Below the pieces are notes generated by a model. That model was given only the letters and a program-made list of their open reading frames with translations, was not told the DNA's origin and did not search any database. The translations under genes and the position numbers were made by a program. Below are positions 1-9,372 of a DNA stretch of 15,350 nt, piece after piece. The stretch's first letter is position 1. Every line of letters starts with the position of its first letter. Source of the stretch: Candidatus Eiseniibacteriota bacterium. Its GTDB lineage: Bacteria > ARS69. The stretch covers positions 1-15,350 of the forward strand of contig JBQTGV010000144.1 of assembly GCA_052390515.1 (NCBI GenBank). Direction: 5' to 3'.

Positions 1-120
1 AACCTCGCTCGCCGTCCATGGCTCGCTCGGCTCGTTGTCGCCGGTCTCCGCCGTCCGGGGCTCCGGCGTCGGCGGCCCCGACGCGTGGCCCTGGCGCGAC
101 TCCGCCTCCGTGACGCAGCG

Positions 121-1215
121 CTATCCAAGGTACGCCTCGCAAGCATCGGCGATCCGTTGCCGAGCGCCGGTCCCCGCGGAAGCGCGGGCGGCACGGCCCA
201 TGGCGTCCAGATCGGCCTCCCGGGCGAGCAACTCGCGCAGGTTCTTCGCCAAGCTCTCCGCGGAAAGCTCGCTCTCCGGCAGAACCCGGGCCCAACCGGC
301 CGCCTCCGCTCGCCTCGCGTTCACCATCTGGTGATCCTCCGCGGCGTACGGATAGGGCACGAGCAGCGCGGGACGCCCCGCCGCAGCCAGCTCCGCGAGC
401 GTCGTGGCTCCGGCGCGCGCCACGACGAGCCGCGCCGCCGCGTACGCCGATCCCACGTCCTCCACGAAGCCGACCAGCCGGACCCAGGAGGGCGTGCCCT
501 CCGCGGCACGGTGCGCCTCGTCCAGCTGCCGGCTGCCCGCCTGGATGACGAGCTGCAGCGCGCTCCCTTCGCCCAGGATCCGAGCCGCGCCCAGGCATGC
601 CAGGCTCACCGCGCGCGCGCCCTGGCTGCCCCCGAGAGCCAGCACGAGCGGGCGTTGCGGGTCGAGACCGTGCGCGCCGCGGAACGACGCCGCGTCGCCC
701 GCCTCGATGCGGGCGCGGACCGGGTTTCCGGTGACCCGCGCACGACCGCGGCGCGGCAGGCGCTGCACCGCCTCGGGAAACGCGACGTGCACCTCCCCGG
801 CGACCAGCGAACCGAGCTTCGTCGCCACGCCGGGAATGGAGTTCTGCTCGAGGACGAGGGTGGGAATTCCCAGGGCCGCGGCGAAGAGGACGAAAGGCCC
901 CGAAACGTAGCCGCCCGTGCCCACGACGAGCTCCGGCTGCTCTCCGACGAGCAGCGCGAACGCCGCCACGCAGCCGGCGGCGAGAGCGAAGGGGAATACG
1001 AGCCAGCTCGGGCCGGGTCGCCGCGCGAAGCCGCGCAGCGGCACTTCGCGGACCTCGAAACCCGCGTCCCGGATCCAGCGTGCCCCGGGCTTGCCGCGGG
1101 CCGAGGCGAAGAGGACGCGCAGACCGGGCCGACGGGCACGCAGTTCCTCGGCCAGCGCGATGCCGGGATAGACGTGTCCACCCGTACCCGAGACGGCGAT
1201 CAGCACGCCGGCCAA
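121..1215 (-). CDS. murG: UDP-GlcNAc:lipid I N-acetylglucosamine transferase MurG (GT28)
   Basis: Motifs (S)GTGGHVYP, GTGGYVSGP, EQNSIPG, TGNPVR, GGSQGA, RAGATT..E, P.P.AAEDHQ..NA. Follows ftsW. Start placed at TTG 1215 because GGAG (1223-1226) lies 7 nt upstream. The ORF is open to 1275 and GTG 1221 is an alternative start. Confidence 0.96.
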   Translation of the reverse strand: MAGVLIAVSGTGGHVYPGIALAEELRARRPGLRVLFASARGKPGARWIRDAGFEVREVPLRGFARRPGPSWLVFPFALAAGCVAAFALLVGEQPELVVGTGGYVSGPFVLFAAALGIPTLVLEQNSIPGVATKLGSLVAGEVHVAFPEAVQRLPRRGRARVTGNPVRARIEAGDAASFRGAHGLDPQRPLVLALGGSQGARAVSLACLGAARILGEGSALQLVIQAGSRQLDEAHRAAEGTPSWVRLVGFVEDVGSAYAAARLVVARAGATTLAELAAAGRPALLVPYPYAAEDHQMVNARRAEAAGWARVLPESELSAESLAKNLRELLAREADLDAMGRAARASAGTGARQRIADACEAYLG

Positions 1216-1246
1216 CTCCACTCTCCGCGGGGCACGAACGCCCCTC

Positions 1247-2374
1247 TCACCCCACCACCCGGTGGCGCCTCGCACCGCTCCTCGCCGCGATGGACAGGAG
1301 CAGACCGATCCCGGTCAGGTTGATCATCATGGCCGACCCGCCGTAGCTCACGAACGGCAGCGGCAGCCCGGTCGTCGGCATCAGGCCGGTCACCACCGAC
1401 ATGTTCAGCACGGCCACGACGCCGATCATGGCGGTGACGCCGATGGCGAGGTAGCGCCCGAAGAGGTCCGGCGCCCCCTGCGCGATGCGGAGCCCGCGCC
1501 AGAGCAGCAGGAGGAAGAGTGCCACGACGCCGAGCGTTCCGAGAAGCCCGAATTCCTCGCCGAGGATCGCAAAGGCGAAGTCCGTGTGGCAGTCGGGCAG
1601 GAAGAAGTCGGACTGGCGGCCGGCTCCCGGCCCGAGTCCGAACATGCCCCCCGATCCGATCGCGACCAGCGACTGCCGCAGCTGGAACCCCGAGCCCATC
1701 GGGTCGGCGTCGGGATGCAGGAACCCCTTGAACCGCGAGACGACGTGCGGCTTCTGCAGCGCGAGCACGATCAGGAGGGGGACGGCGGAGAGCGCCGAGC
1801 CGAAGAGGTGGGTCAGCCGCGCGCCGCCCATCCACAGCATGATCCCGGTGAGCAGCGTCAGCGTGAGCACGTTCCCGAAGTTCGGCTGGTTCATCAGGAA
1901 GAAGGCGTAGACACCCAGCACCATGAAGATCGGTACGACTCCTCGTCGCCAGCAGCGGATGCGCCCTTCGCCGGAGGAGAGGATCGCGGCGACGTACACC
2001 ACCAGGGCGAGCTTGGCGAACTCGGAGGGCTGGATGACGATGAAGCCGAAGTCCAGCCAGCGGGTCGCGCCCTTCACGGTGCGGGCCAGCGGGAATCCGG
2101 GCACCAGGGTCATCGCCAACAGGATCCCGGCGATCATCACCAGCGGCAGCGAGAGCCGGCGCACGACGCGGTAGTCCATCCGCGCCATGAGGGCCAGCAG
2201 CCCGAGGCCGATGAATACGCGCATCACGTGCCGCAGCGCCATGGCCGACGGCGAATCGTAGATCGCTTCGGAAACCGCGCTGCTCGACGAGAACACCGTC
2301 ACCGCGCCGAGCCCCAAGAGCCCCAGCACGGCGAGAAGCAGCATGCGGTCCGCGCACTCTCCCCGCGAGTTCAT
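1247..2374 (-). CDS. ftsW: SEDS peptidoglycan glycosyltransferase FtsW
   Basis: C-terminal 375 aa of ORF 1247..3574. Polytopic hydrophobic protein with GATRW, IQPSEFAK, GSGG.FG.G.G, LP..HTDF.FA..GEEFG, PTTGLPLPFVSYGGS. ATG at 2374 overlaps the murD stop (ATGA) and has a purine-rich RBS. Lies between murD and murG. Confidence 0.95.
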   Translation of the reverse strand: MNSRGECADRMLLLAVLGLLGLGAVTVFSSSSAVSEAIYDSPSAMALRHVMRVFIGLGLLALMARMDYRVVRRLSLPLVMIAGILLAMTLVPGFPLARTVKGATRWLDFGFIVIQPSEFAKLALVVYVAAILSSGEGRIRCWRRGVVPIFMVLGVYAFFLMNQPNFGNVLTLTLLTGIMLWMGGARLTHLFGSALSAVPLLIVLALQKPHVVSRFKGFLHPDADPMGSGFQLRQSLVAIGSGGMFGLGPGAGRQSDFFLPDCHTDFAFAILGEEFGLLGTLGVVALFLLLLWRGLRIAQGAPDLFGRYLAIGVTAMIGVVAVLNMSVVTGLMPTTGLPLPFVSYGGSAMMINLTGIGLLLSIAARSGARRHRVVG

Positions 2375-3789
2375 CCTTCTCCCCCCTCCGGGCCTTGGCG
2401 CCCGGCCAGTGCCATGACGAATCTCCGAAAGCGCTCGCCGCGGTCGGCGTAGTTCGCGAACTGGTCGAAGCTCGCGCAACCCGGCGAGAGCAGCACGCGC
2501 TCTCCCGGCTTCGCCTCCGCGTGCGCCAGCCGCACGGCGTTCTCCAGATCCCCGGCCCGCACCGTGCGTACCGGCGGCGACCAGGCGCGCTCCATGTCGT
2601 CCGTGCCCTCGCCGATGAGCAGCACGAGACGCGTGCCGCGCCGGACGACGTCGCGGATGGGGCGGAAGTCCACGCCCTTGGTCACGCCGCCGGCGATCAG
2701 GATGGTGGGCTGGTCCGGGTCGAGAGCCTTCTCCAGCGAGTGCGGATTCGTGCTCTTCGAGTCGTTGACCCAGACGACGCCGCCGATGCGGGCCACCTCT
2801 TCCACGCGGTGCGGCATTCCCCGGAAGGACCGAGCCGCTTCCCGCACGGCCTCGTCGGGCAGGCCGATCAGCCGCGCGCACAGCACCGCGGCCATCAAGT
2901 TCTCGCGGTTGTGCCGGCCCGGAAGGCTCCACTCGGACAGCGGCACGACGGGCTCGAGCTCTGCGCCGAGGTGCAGCGTGACCCGGCCGTCGCGGAGGAA
3001 GCAGCCGCGCGGAGGCTTCGTCTCGTGGCGGAACTCGAACACGCGCGGGGTCTTGGGCGTGAACGCGGCGAGTGTCTCCGCGTCGTCGCCGGGCAGCACC
3101 GCCGCGTCCAGCGGTCCCTGCCGCGCGAAGATATTCGCCTTGGCGGCGGCGTAGTGCTCGAGGTCGGGATGCCAGTCCAGGTGGTCGGCCGAGAAGTTCA
3201 GCAGCGCGGCGACGTCCGGGCGGAAGTCCTCGCACAGGAAGAGCTGGAAGCTCGACACCTCGAGCACGAGCAGCTCGGGACGCTCGCCGCACACGGCGGT
3301 GAGCGGCGTGCCGACGTTTCCGGCGATCACCGTGGATCGGCCCGCCGCGCGCCCCATGGCCCCGACCAGCTCGGTCGTCGTGGTCTTCCCGTTCGTCCCG
3401 GTGATGGCCACCACCGGCGAGTCGGTGAACCACCAACCGAGCTCCAGCTCGGAGTGCACCGGAACGCCGGAGTCGAGCGCCCGCTTCAAGATAGCGTGGG
3501 ACGGCGGAACGCCGGGGCTGGCGACGACGAGGTCCGCACCGCGCAGCACCGCCGGATCGCTCTTGCCGAGCCACGCCGTCCCGCCGGGCACGTCGCCCTC
3601 GCCCACGGCGAGCCGTTCCGCCGGCGCGTCGTCGGTGACGCGGACAGTGGCGCCGGCCTCGACGAGCAGGGCGGACGCCGCGCGGCCGCTCCTTCCGTAG
3701 CCCAGCACGACGGCCGTCGCTCCGGAGAGCACCGGTCCGCGCTCGTTGCGCCGCAGTTCCGCGATCGGAGCCCCCTCCCCTGACATCAT
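2371..3789 (-). CDS. murD: UDP-MurNAc-L-Ala:D-glutamate ligase MurD
   Basis: GYGRSG, SPGVP, P-loop ITGTNGKTTT, GNVG, LEVSSFQL, DHLDWH, HRVE, NDSKSTN, LSPGCASFDQF.NY..RG..F. Lies between mraY and ftsW. Exact start uncertain (ATG 3789 or 3786, or GTG 3732). Confidence 0.95.
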   Translation of the reverse strand: MMSGEGAPIAELRRNERGPVLSGATAVVLGYGRSGRAASALLVEAGATVRVTDDAPAERLAVGEGDVPGGTAWLGKSDPAVLRGADLVVASPGVPPSHAILKRALDSGVPVHSELELGWWFTDSPVVAITGTNGKTTTTELVGAMGRAAGRSTVIAGNVGTPLTAVCGERPELLVLEVSSFQLFLCEDFRPDVAALLNFSADHLDWHPDLEHYAAAKANIFARQGPLDAAVLPGDDAETLAAFTPKTPRVFEFRHETKPPRGCFLRDGRVTLHLGAELEPVVPLSEWSLPGRHNRENLMAAVLCARLIGLPDEAVREAARSFRGMPHRVEEVARIGGVVWVNDSKSTNPHSLEKALDPDQPTILIAGGVTKGVDFRPIRDVVRRGTRLVLLIGEGTDDMERAWSPPVRTVRAGDLENAVRLAHAEAKPGERVLLSPGCASFDQFANYADRGERFRRFVMALAGRQGPEGGEG

Positions 3790-3796
3790 CGTCCGG

Positions 3797-4882
3797 TCAT
3801 CGCAGCTTGAGCGTCGAGAGCGAGAGCAGAGCCAGGAGCCCGGCCACGATCCAGAAGCGGATCACGACCTTGGACTCCGGCCAGCCCATCAGCTCGAAGT
3901 GGTGATGGATGGGAGCCATCTTGAAGATGCGCTTCCCGCGCAGCCGGTACGAGCCCACCTGCAGGATGACCGACAGCGCCTCGACGACGAAGAGGCCGCC
4001 TACGATCACCAGGATGAGCTCCATCTTGATGAGGATGGCGACGATGCCGAGCGCGCCGCCGAGCGCGAGCGACCCGGTGTCGCCCATGAAGATCTCCGCC
4101 GGATGGCTGTTGTACCAGAGGAAGCCCAGCGAGGCGCCGAAGACGGCGGCGCAGAACACGGTGAGCTCTCCGGCGCCGGGCACGTAGAGGATCTGCAGGT
4201 ACTCGGCGATCTTGGAGTGCCCCGACACGTAGGAGAGCAGGGCGAAGGCCACCGCCGCGAACACCACCGTGCCGATGGCCAGCCCGTCCAGGCCGTCGGT
4301 GAGGTTCACCGCGTTGGACGTCCCGGTGAGGACCAGCACCACGAAGGGCACGTACAGCCAGCCGAGATCGAGGACACGCTCCTTGAGGAACGGCATCGTC
4401 GTCGCCGTCGCGATCTCGCCGCGGTCGAGCGTCAGCAGGATGGAGGCGGACGCCAGGAGCCCGAGCGTGATCTGTCCGGCGAGCTTCGCCCGGCCGATCA
4501 GCCCCTTGGGGCGCTTGCGCACCACCTGCAGGTAGTCGTCGAGGAAGCCCAGCGCGCCGAGCCAGATCGTCGCGAAGAGCGCGATGCGCACCTCGCGGTT
4601 GTTCAAATCGGCCCACAGGAGAGTCGGCACCGTGATCGCGCAGATCAGCAGCAGTCCACCCATGGTCGGGGTGCCGGTCTTCCCCTGGTGGCTCTCCGGA
4701 CCTTCTTCGCGGACGCGCTTGACGATGCCCTTCTCGCGCAGCTTGGAGATGACCCACGGGCCGAGCGCGAGCGCGAGCAGGAACGCGGTGAGCGCGCTGT
4801 ACGCGGAGCGGAACGTGATGTAGCGGAAGACGTTGAACGCGAAGAACTCGTCCCGGAGCGGGTACAGCAGCTCATAGAGCAT
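3797..4882 (-). CDS. mraY: Phospho-N-acetylmuramoyl-pentapeptide transferase MraY
   Basis: FNVFRYITFR, H..K.GTPTMGG, GFLDDY, SNAVNLTDGLDGLA, FMGDTGSLALG, APIHHHFE. 361 aa with multiple hydrophobic segments. Confidence 0.98.
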   Translation of the reverse strand: MLYELLYPLRDEFFAFNVFRYITFRSAYSALTAFLLALALGPWVISKLREKGIVKRVREEGPESHQGKTGTPTMGGLLLICAITVPTLLWADLNNREVRIALFATIWLGALGFLDDYLQVVRKRPKGLIGRAKLAGQITLGLLASASILLTLDRGEIATATTMPFLKERVLDLGWLYVPFVVLVLTGTSNAVNLTDGLDGLAIGTVVFAAVAFALLSYVSGHSKIAEYLQILYVPGAGELTVFCAAVFGASLGFLWYNSHPAEIFMGDTGSLALGGALGIVAILIKMELILVIVGGLFVVEALSVILQVGSYRLRGKRIFKMAPIHHHFELMGWPESKVVIRFWIVAGLLALLSLSTLKLR

Positions 4883-6272
4883 GGCCCGCTCCCTTCGCGC
4901 CGCCGCCCAGCGCTTGGACGACGCGCTCCATGCGCATGCCGCGGGACCCCTTGATCAGGACGGCGTCGCCCGGAACGGCCCACCCGGCGACGAACGCCGC
5001 CGCCTCCCCGGAGTCCGCCGTCCAGCGCGTCTCCATCCGCGGCGCGCGGCCTGCCGCCTCCTCGAACCCGGCCTTGCTCTCCGGGCCGACGAACACCGCG
5101 AGCGCCGGCGCCGCGACGGCCACCGCCGCACCGATCTCCCGGTGGTAGTCCCGGGACCGCTCGCCGAGCTCGAGCATGTCGCCGAGCACGACGGCCCGCC
5201 GCCCGCGCGTCTCGATCCGCGCGAACCACTCCAGCGCCGCGCTCACCGAGGCGGGATTCGCGTTGTACGCGTCGTCGGCCACGAGAACCCCGCGGCAGTC
5301 GGACACGCCGAGCCGGCCGGGCACACCGGTGAAGGTGCGAAGCCGTTCGACGCCCTCTTCGAGCGGAACGCCGTGCGCCCTTCCGAACGCGACGGCGACG
5401 AGGGCGTTCTTCACCTGGTGCGCGCCCGGCACGGCGAGCTCGGCGGTCGGGCCGGCGGCGATGCGGAACCGCGTGCCGCGGGATCCTGCGTCCACGTCCA
5501 CTGCGCGGAGGTCGTTCGCCGCGCCGAAGCCCACGCGCAGCACTTCGAGGCCGGAGGCCGCGGCGCGGAGGATCTCGTCGTCCCCATCGACCACGCGAAG
5601 CCCTTCTCCACTCACCGCGCGGAGCAGGTCGGTCTTCTCCCGTGCCACCTGCGCGACCCCACCGAAGCCCGAGAGGTGCGCGGGGCCGACGTTCGTCACA
5701 CAGGCCGCGGTCGGCCGCACGATGCGCGCCAGGCGGGCGATCTCGCCGGGCCGGGATGCCCCGACCTCGAGCACCGCGATCTCCGGCGGCTGCTCCACCT
5801 CCAGCAGCGTCCGCGCCAGGCCTTCCACGGTGTTGAAGTTCCCGGGCGAGCGGAGCACGGGGCCACGCGCCTCGAGCACGTGCGCGGTCATCTCCTTCAC
5901 CGTCGTCTTGCCGGAGGAACCGGTCACCGCGATCACCGGGCACGCCCACGCCTCGCGGGCTTGCAGGGCCAGGCCGGCGAGCGCCTCCCGCGGGTCGGCG
6001 ACCTTGAGCGCGGCGCGACCCGGGGGCACGTCGCCCGCCCAGTCGCGGGGCACCACCACGACGGAACAGCCGGTCCCGAAGGCGGCCGGGACGAACTGCA
6101 CGCCCCGAACCCGAGTCCCGTCGAGGGCGAAGAACGCAGTGCCCTCGCGCGACTCCCGGCTGTCCGTGGTGACGGCGTCGAAACCCGCGTCGTCCGCGCC
6201 GACGATCTCGGCCCCGACGAGCCGGGCCACCCGGCCCGCAGTCCACCGCGCCAAGGCGATCCCTCCGCTCAT
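4872..6272 (-). CDS. murF: UDP-MurNAc-tripeptide:D-Ala-D-Ala ligase MurF
   Basis: C-terminal 466 aa of ORF 4872..7019. TDSR, VTGSSGKTTVKE, TNVGPAHL, DDAYNANP.S, LGDMLELG, LIKGSRG. ATG at 6272 overlaps the murE stop (ATGA). The 3' end overlaps the mraY start by 11 nt. Confidence 0.95.
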   Translation of the reverse strand: MSGGIALARWTAGRVARLVGAEIVGADDAGFDAVTTDSRESREGTAFFALDGTRVRGVQFVPAAFGTGCSVVVVPRDWAGDVPPGRAALKVADPREALAGLALQAREAWACPVIAVTGSSGKTTVKEMTAHVLEARGPVLRSPGNFNTVEGLARTLLEVEQPPEIAVLEVGASRPGEIARLARIVRPTAACVTNVGPAHLSGFGGVAQVAREKTDLLRAVSGEGLRVVDGDDEILRAAASGLEVLRVGFGAANDLRAVDVDAGSRGTRFRIAAGPTAELAVPGAHQVKNALVAVAFGRAHGVPLEEGVERLRTFTGVPGRLGVSDCRGVLVADDAYNANPASVSAALEWFARIETRGRRAVVLGDMLELGERSRDYHREIGAAVAVAAPALAVFVGPESKAGFEEAAGRAPRMETRWTADSGEAAAFVAGWAVPGDAVLIKGSRGMRMERVVQALGGGAKGAGHAL

Positions 6273-7753
6273 CCGCGGCGCCCGTCGCGGGAAGCGGCGA
6301 CCCTCGCCAGAATCTCCCGCTCGGGGAAGGGGTGGTCTGTGCCCGCGATCGATTGCACCGTCTCGTGTCCCTTGCCGAGCGCAAGCACGACGTCGCCCGG
6401 ACTGGCCAGTTCCACGGCCCGCGCCAGGGCCTCCTCGCGGTCCATCACCACCTCGACGCGATCGCGATGGGGCGCGGCACCCACGAGCATCGCGGCGACG
6501 ATGTCGCGTGGATCCTCGTCGCGGGGGTTGTCGGTCGTGAACACGGCGTGGTCGGCGAGCTCCGCGGCGAGACCGCCCATGACCGGCCGCTTCTCCGGCC
6601 AGCGGTTCCCGCCGCAGCCCAGCACGACGATCACGCGTCCGCGCGTCAGCGAGCGCGCCGTGCCGATCGCCCGGCGGATGCCGTCCTCGGTGTGCGCGTA
6701 ATCGACGTACGCCGCGAACGTCCCGCGATGCACGCATTCGAATCGCCCCGCCGGCCCCTTCGCCTCGGCCAGGCCCCGGACCGTGTCGGCGAGCGTGATA
6801 CCCATCACGTGGGCGAAGGACGCGGCGGCGAGCGCGTTCTCCACGTTGTGCCGCCCGGGGAGCGGGAGCAGGAAGCGCTCGCTGCCCGCGGGCGTCGTCA
6901 GGGTGAACTCCGCTCCGTCGAGGGACAACCGGATCCCGTGGGCGGTCACCTCCGCGTCCCCACCTCCCGCCGCGAAGACGAGTGCGTCTTCCACCTCCGC
7001 GCGGAAGCGACCCGCCCACGGGTCGTCGCCATTCACGATCGCGCGTGGACCGGCCGGTGCCGATCCCGGCGCGAGCAGCTCGGAGAAGAGCCGGAGCTTC
7101 GCGCGTCCGTACTCCTCCAGCGTGCCGTGCCAGTCCAGATGCTCGGGCGTCAGGTTCAGGAAGGCCGCCGCAGCGAAGCTCGTCCCGTCGACGCGGCGAA
7201 GGTCCAGCGCGTGCGAGGACACTTCCATCGCGGCGACCTCCGCACCCTCGTCCGCGGCGCGGGCCAGCGTCTCCTGCAGGTCGGGAGCCTCCGGGGTGGT
7301 GCGCGCCTGCGGCTGCGCTCCGCGGGGCAGCAGCACGCCGAGCGTGCCGAGCACCGCGGACTTCCGGCCGGCGGCGGTCCAGATGGAGCGGATGAGGTAC
7401 GTGGTCGTCGTCTTGCCGTTCGTTCCGGTGACGCCGAGGACGGCGATCCGCTCGGACGGGTTTCCGAAGGCCCGCGCCGCCAGCCGGGCGGCGGCGAGCC
7501 GTGGATCGGCGGCGGTCAGCCAGGCGCCCTGGGCCGGAGCCGCCGCACCCTCGCGGGCCAGCACCCCGACCGCACCGCGCGTCAGCGCGTCGGCCGTGTA
7601 GCGTTCCCCGTCCTCCTGGAAACCCGGCACGGCGACGAAGAGATCGCCCGGCTCCACGCGTCGCGAGTCGATGCGCACGCGGCTCACCGCGCGCTCGCCG
7701 CCCCGCACCACGCGGACGCCGGGAATCCCCTTCGCGAGCTCCGCCAGAGTCAT
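6269..7753 (-). CDS. murE: UDP-MurNAc-dipeptide:meso-diaminopimelate ligase MurE
   Basis: DSR, VTGTNGKTTT, TTP, MEVSSHAL, NLTPEHLD.H, GRFE, VDYAHT, DNPR.ED (DNPR is the meso-DAP-type specificity motif), GKGHE..Q. Start chosen at ATG 7753 (MTLAEL). GTG 7762 and GTG 7795 are alternatives. Confidence 0.95.
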   Translation of the reverse strand: MTLAELAKGIPGVRVVRGGERAVSRVRIDSRRVEPGDLFVAVPGFQEDGERYTADALTRGAVGVLAREGAAAPAQGAWLTAADPRLAAARLAARAFGNPSERIAVLGVTGTNGKTTTTYLIRSIWTAAGRKSAVLGTLGVLLPRGAQPQARTTPEAPDLQETLARAADEGAEVAAMEVSSHALDLRRVDGTSFAAAAFLNLTPEHLDWHGTLEEYGRAKLRLFSELLAPGSAPAGPRAIVNGDDPWAGRFRAEVEDALVFAAGGGDAEVTAHGIRLSLDGAEFTLTTPAGSERFLLPLPGRHNVENALAAASFAHVMGITLADTVRGLAEAKGPAGRFECVHRGTFAAYVDYAHTEDGIRRAIGTARSLTRGRVIVVLGCGGNRWPEKRPVMGGLAAELADHAVFTTDNPRDEDPRDIVAAMLVGAAPHRDRVEVVMDREEALARAVELASPGDVVLALGKGHETVQSIAGTDHPFPEREILARVAASRDGRRG

Positions 7754-7814
7754 CGTCCCCACGACACGCTTCTCCCCCAGCACCGCGAGCGCCACGCCGC
7801 CCCGTCCCTTCCGC

Positions 7815-9347
7815 TCAGCTTCCGAGCGCGACGTCGAGAGCGGGCGGCTCCGACCGGGTGAACAGGATCCCTTCCACGATCCGGCGGAAGCAGGGCGCGG
7901 CGATCTGGCTGCCCCAGCCTTCGCCCGCCGGCCGGTCGATCACCACCACGCCGACGATCTCGGGGGCGTCCGAAGGGAAGAACCCCGCGAAGGACGCCAC
8001 GTGCCGCGACGGATCGTACTTCGCCGTCACCGGGTCGACGCGCTGAGCCGTCCCGGTCTTGCCGGCGATGAGCACGCCCGGAACCCGGGCGGTCTGGCCC
8101 GTCCCCGCCTCCACCACCTCGGTGAGCATCCGGGTGAGCGTATGCGCCGTTCTCGACGAGATCACCCGCCGCACGCGGCTTTCGTGGCTCCGGCTGAGGG
8201 TCTTGCCGGACGCGCTCTTCGTCTCCCGGATGATACGCGGCCGCATCATCACGCCGTCGTTGGCGACGGCCGCGAACGCGCAGGCGAGCTGCAGCGGCGT
8301 CATGGCCACTTCCTGACCGATCGAGATCGTCTCCAGGGACCGCCCCGACCAGTGCTTCGGGCGGCGCAGGATCCCGCTGACCTCGCCGGGAAGCTCGATG
8401 CCGGTGACGCAGCCGACGCCGAAGGAGCGCGCGTACTCGTAGAGCAGCTCCTTGCCGACCAGCCGGGCGAAACGTGCCGTGGCGGTATTCACCGACAGCA
8501 CGAGCATCTCCTCGAGCGTCACCGGACCCTCGTCCTCGCGGGTGCGCAGGCGCTCCCCGCCGGCCAGCTCCAGCTCCTTGCCGGAGTCGACGCGCGTGTC
8601 GCGGTCGACGAGGCCTTCCTCCAGGCACGCGGCGGCGGCCACGATCTTGAACGTCGAGCCGGGCTCGGCGATGTCGGTGATGGCGCGATTGCGCCGCGAC
8701 GAGGCGCTGGACTTGCGCGCCTTCTCCGGGTCGTAGGTCGGCCAGGTGGCCATGGCCAGCACCTCGCCGGTGCGCGGATGCAGCAGCACGCCGGTCGCGG
8801 AGCTGGCGTCGGTGCTCTCCACCGTGCGCCGGAGCTCCCGCTCCAGCACGGTCTGCAGCGTGGAGTCGAGCGTCAGCACGACGTTCGCGCCGTCCTCGGG
8901 CTGGCGCACGCGCCCATCGGGGATCGAGTAGCGGTAGCCGCGCGCGTTGGCGCCGACGACACGGGAGCCGGGCCGCCCCTGCAGCAGCGTCTCCATGGCC
9001 AGCTCGATGCCCTCGATGCCGCGCCCGTCGGCCGACGTCGCACCGATGATCTGCGACCCGAGTCGGCCCTGCGGGTAGAGGCGCTCCGCGCCGCGCGTTC
9101 CCCGCGCGTCCGCCGGCAGCGTGACCGCCAGGGAGTTCCCCTCGCGGTCGAGGATCGCGCCGCGGGTGGCCGGGATGGTGAGCGTGCGCTCCTGCTGGTG
9201 CTTGGCCTCTTCCCGGAAGGAGCCCGCCTCCACGATCTGCACCTGGACGAGCCGCGCCGCGAGCAGCGCGACGGCCAGTGCGAACAGCACGATTCCGGTC
9301 AGGAGCCGCCGCTCGAAACGTTGCGGCACGTGCGTCCGGCGCGTCAT
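7815..9347 (-). CDS. ftsI: Class B penicillin-binding protein FtsI/PBP3 with a shortened pedestal domain and no PASTA domain
   Basis: N-terminal membrane anchor, RG.I.DR.G, R.YP.G, G..G.E, LTLD..LQ. Transpeptidase motifs STFK (SxxK), SVN (SxN), KTGT. Lies between ftsL and murE. GGAGG RBS upstream. Confidence 0.93.
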   Translation of the reverse strand: MTRRTHVPQRFERRLLTGIVLFALAVALLAARLVQVQIVEAGSFREEAKHQQERTLTIPATRGAILDREGNSLAVTLPADARGTRGAERLYPQGRLGSQIIGATSADGRGIEGIELAMETLLQGRPGSRVVGANARGYRYSIPDGRVRQPEDGANVVLTLDSTLQTVLERELRRTVESTDASSATGVLLHPRTGEVLAMATWPTYDPEKARKSSASSRRNRAITDIAEPGSTFKIVAAAACLEEGLVDRDTRVDSGKELELAGGERLRTREDEGPVTLEEMLVLSVNTATARFARLVGKELLYEYARSFGVGCVTGIELPGEVSGILRRPKHWSGRSLETISIGQEVAMTPLQLACAFAAVANDGVMMRPRIIRETKSASGKTLSRSHESRVRRVISSRTAHTLTRMLTEVVEAGTGQTARVPGVLIAGKTGTAQRVDPVTAKYDPSRHVASFAGFFPSDAPEIVGVVVIDRPAGEGWGSQIAAPCFRRIVEGILFTRSEPPALDVALGS

Positions 9348-9372
9348 CGCCTCCCCTCCCCCCGGGCTCCCC

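Noticed and set aside
1..19. Possible start of murC at the minus-strand ATG at 19
   Set aside because: Only six codons (MDGERG) are visible, with no diagnostic motif, so it cannot be supported.
1247..3574. Apparent 775-aa FtsW fusion protein
   Set aside because: The N-terminal 400 aa is an alternate frame inside murD. FtsW begins at ATG 2374 with its own RBS.
4872..7019. Apparent extended MurF or MurE-MurF fusion
   Set aside because: murE has its own stop at 6269-6271 and murF starts at the overlapping ATG 6272 in another frame. The extension is off-frame murE sequence.
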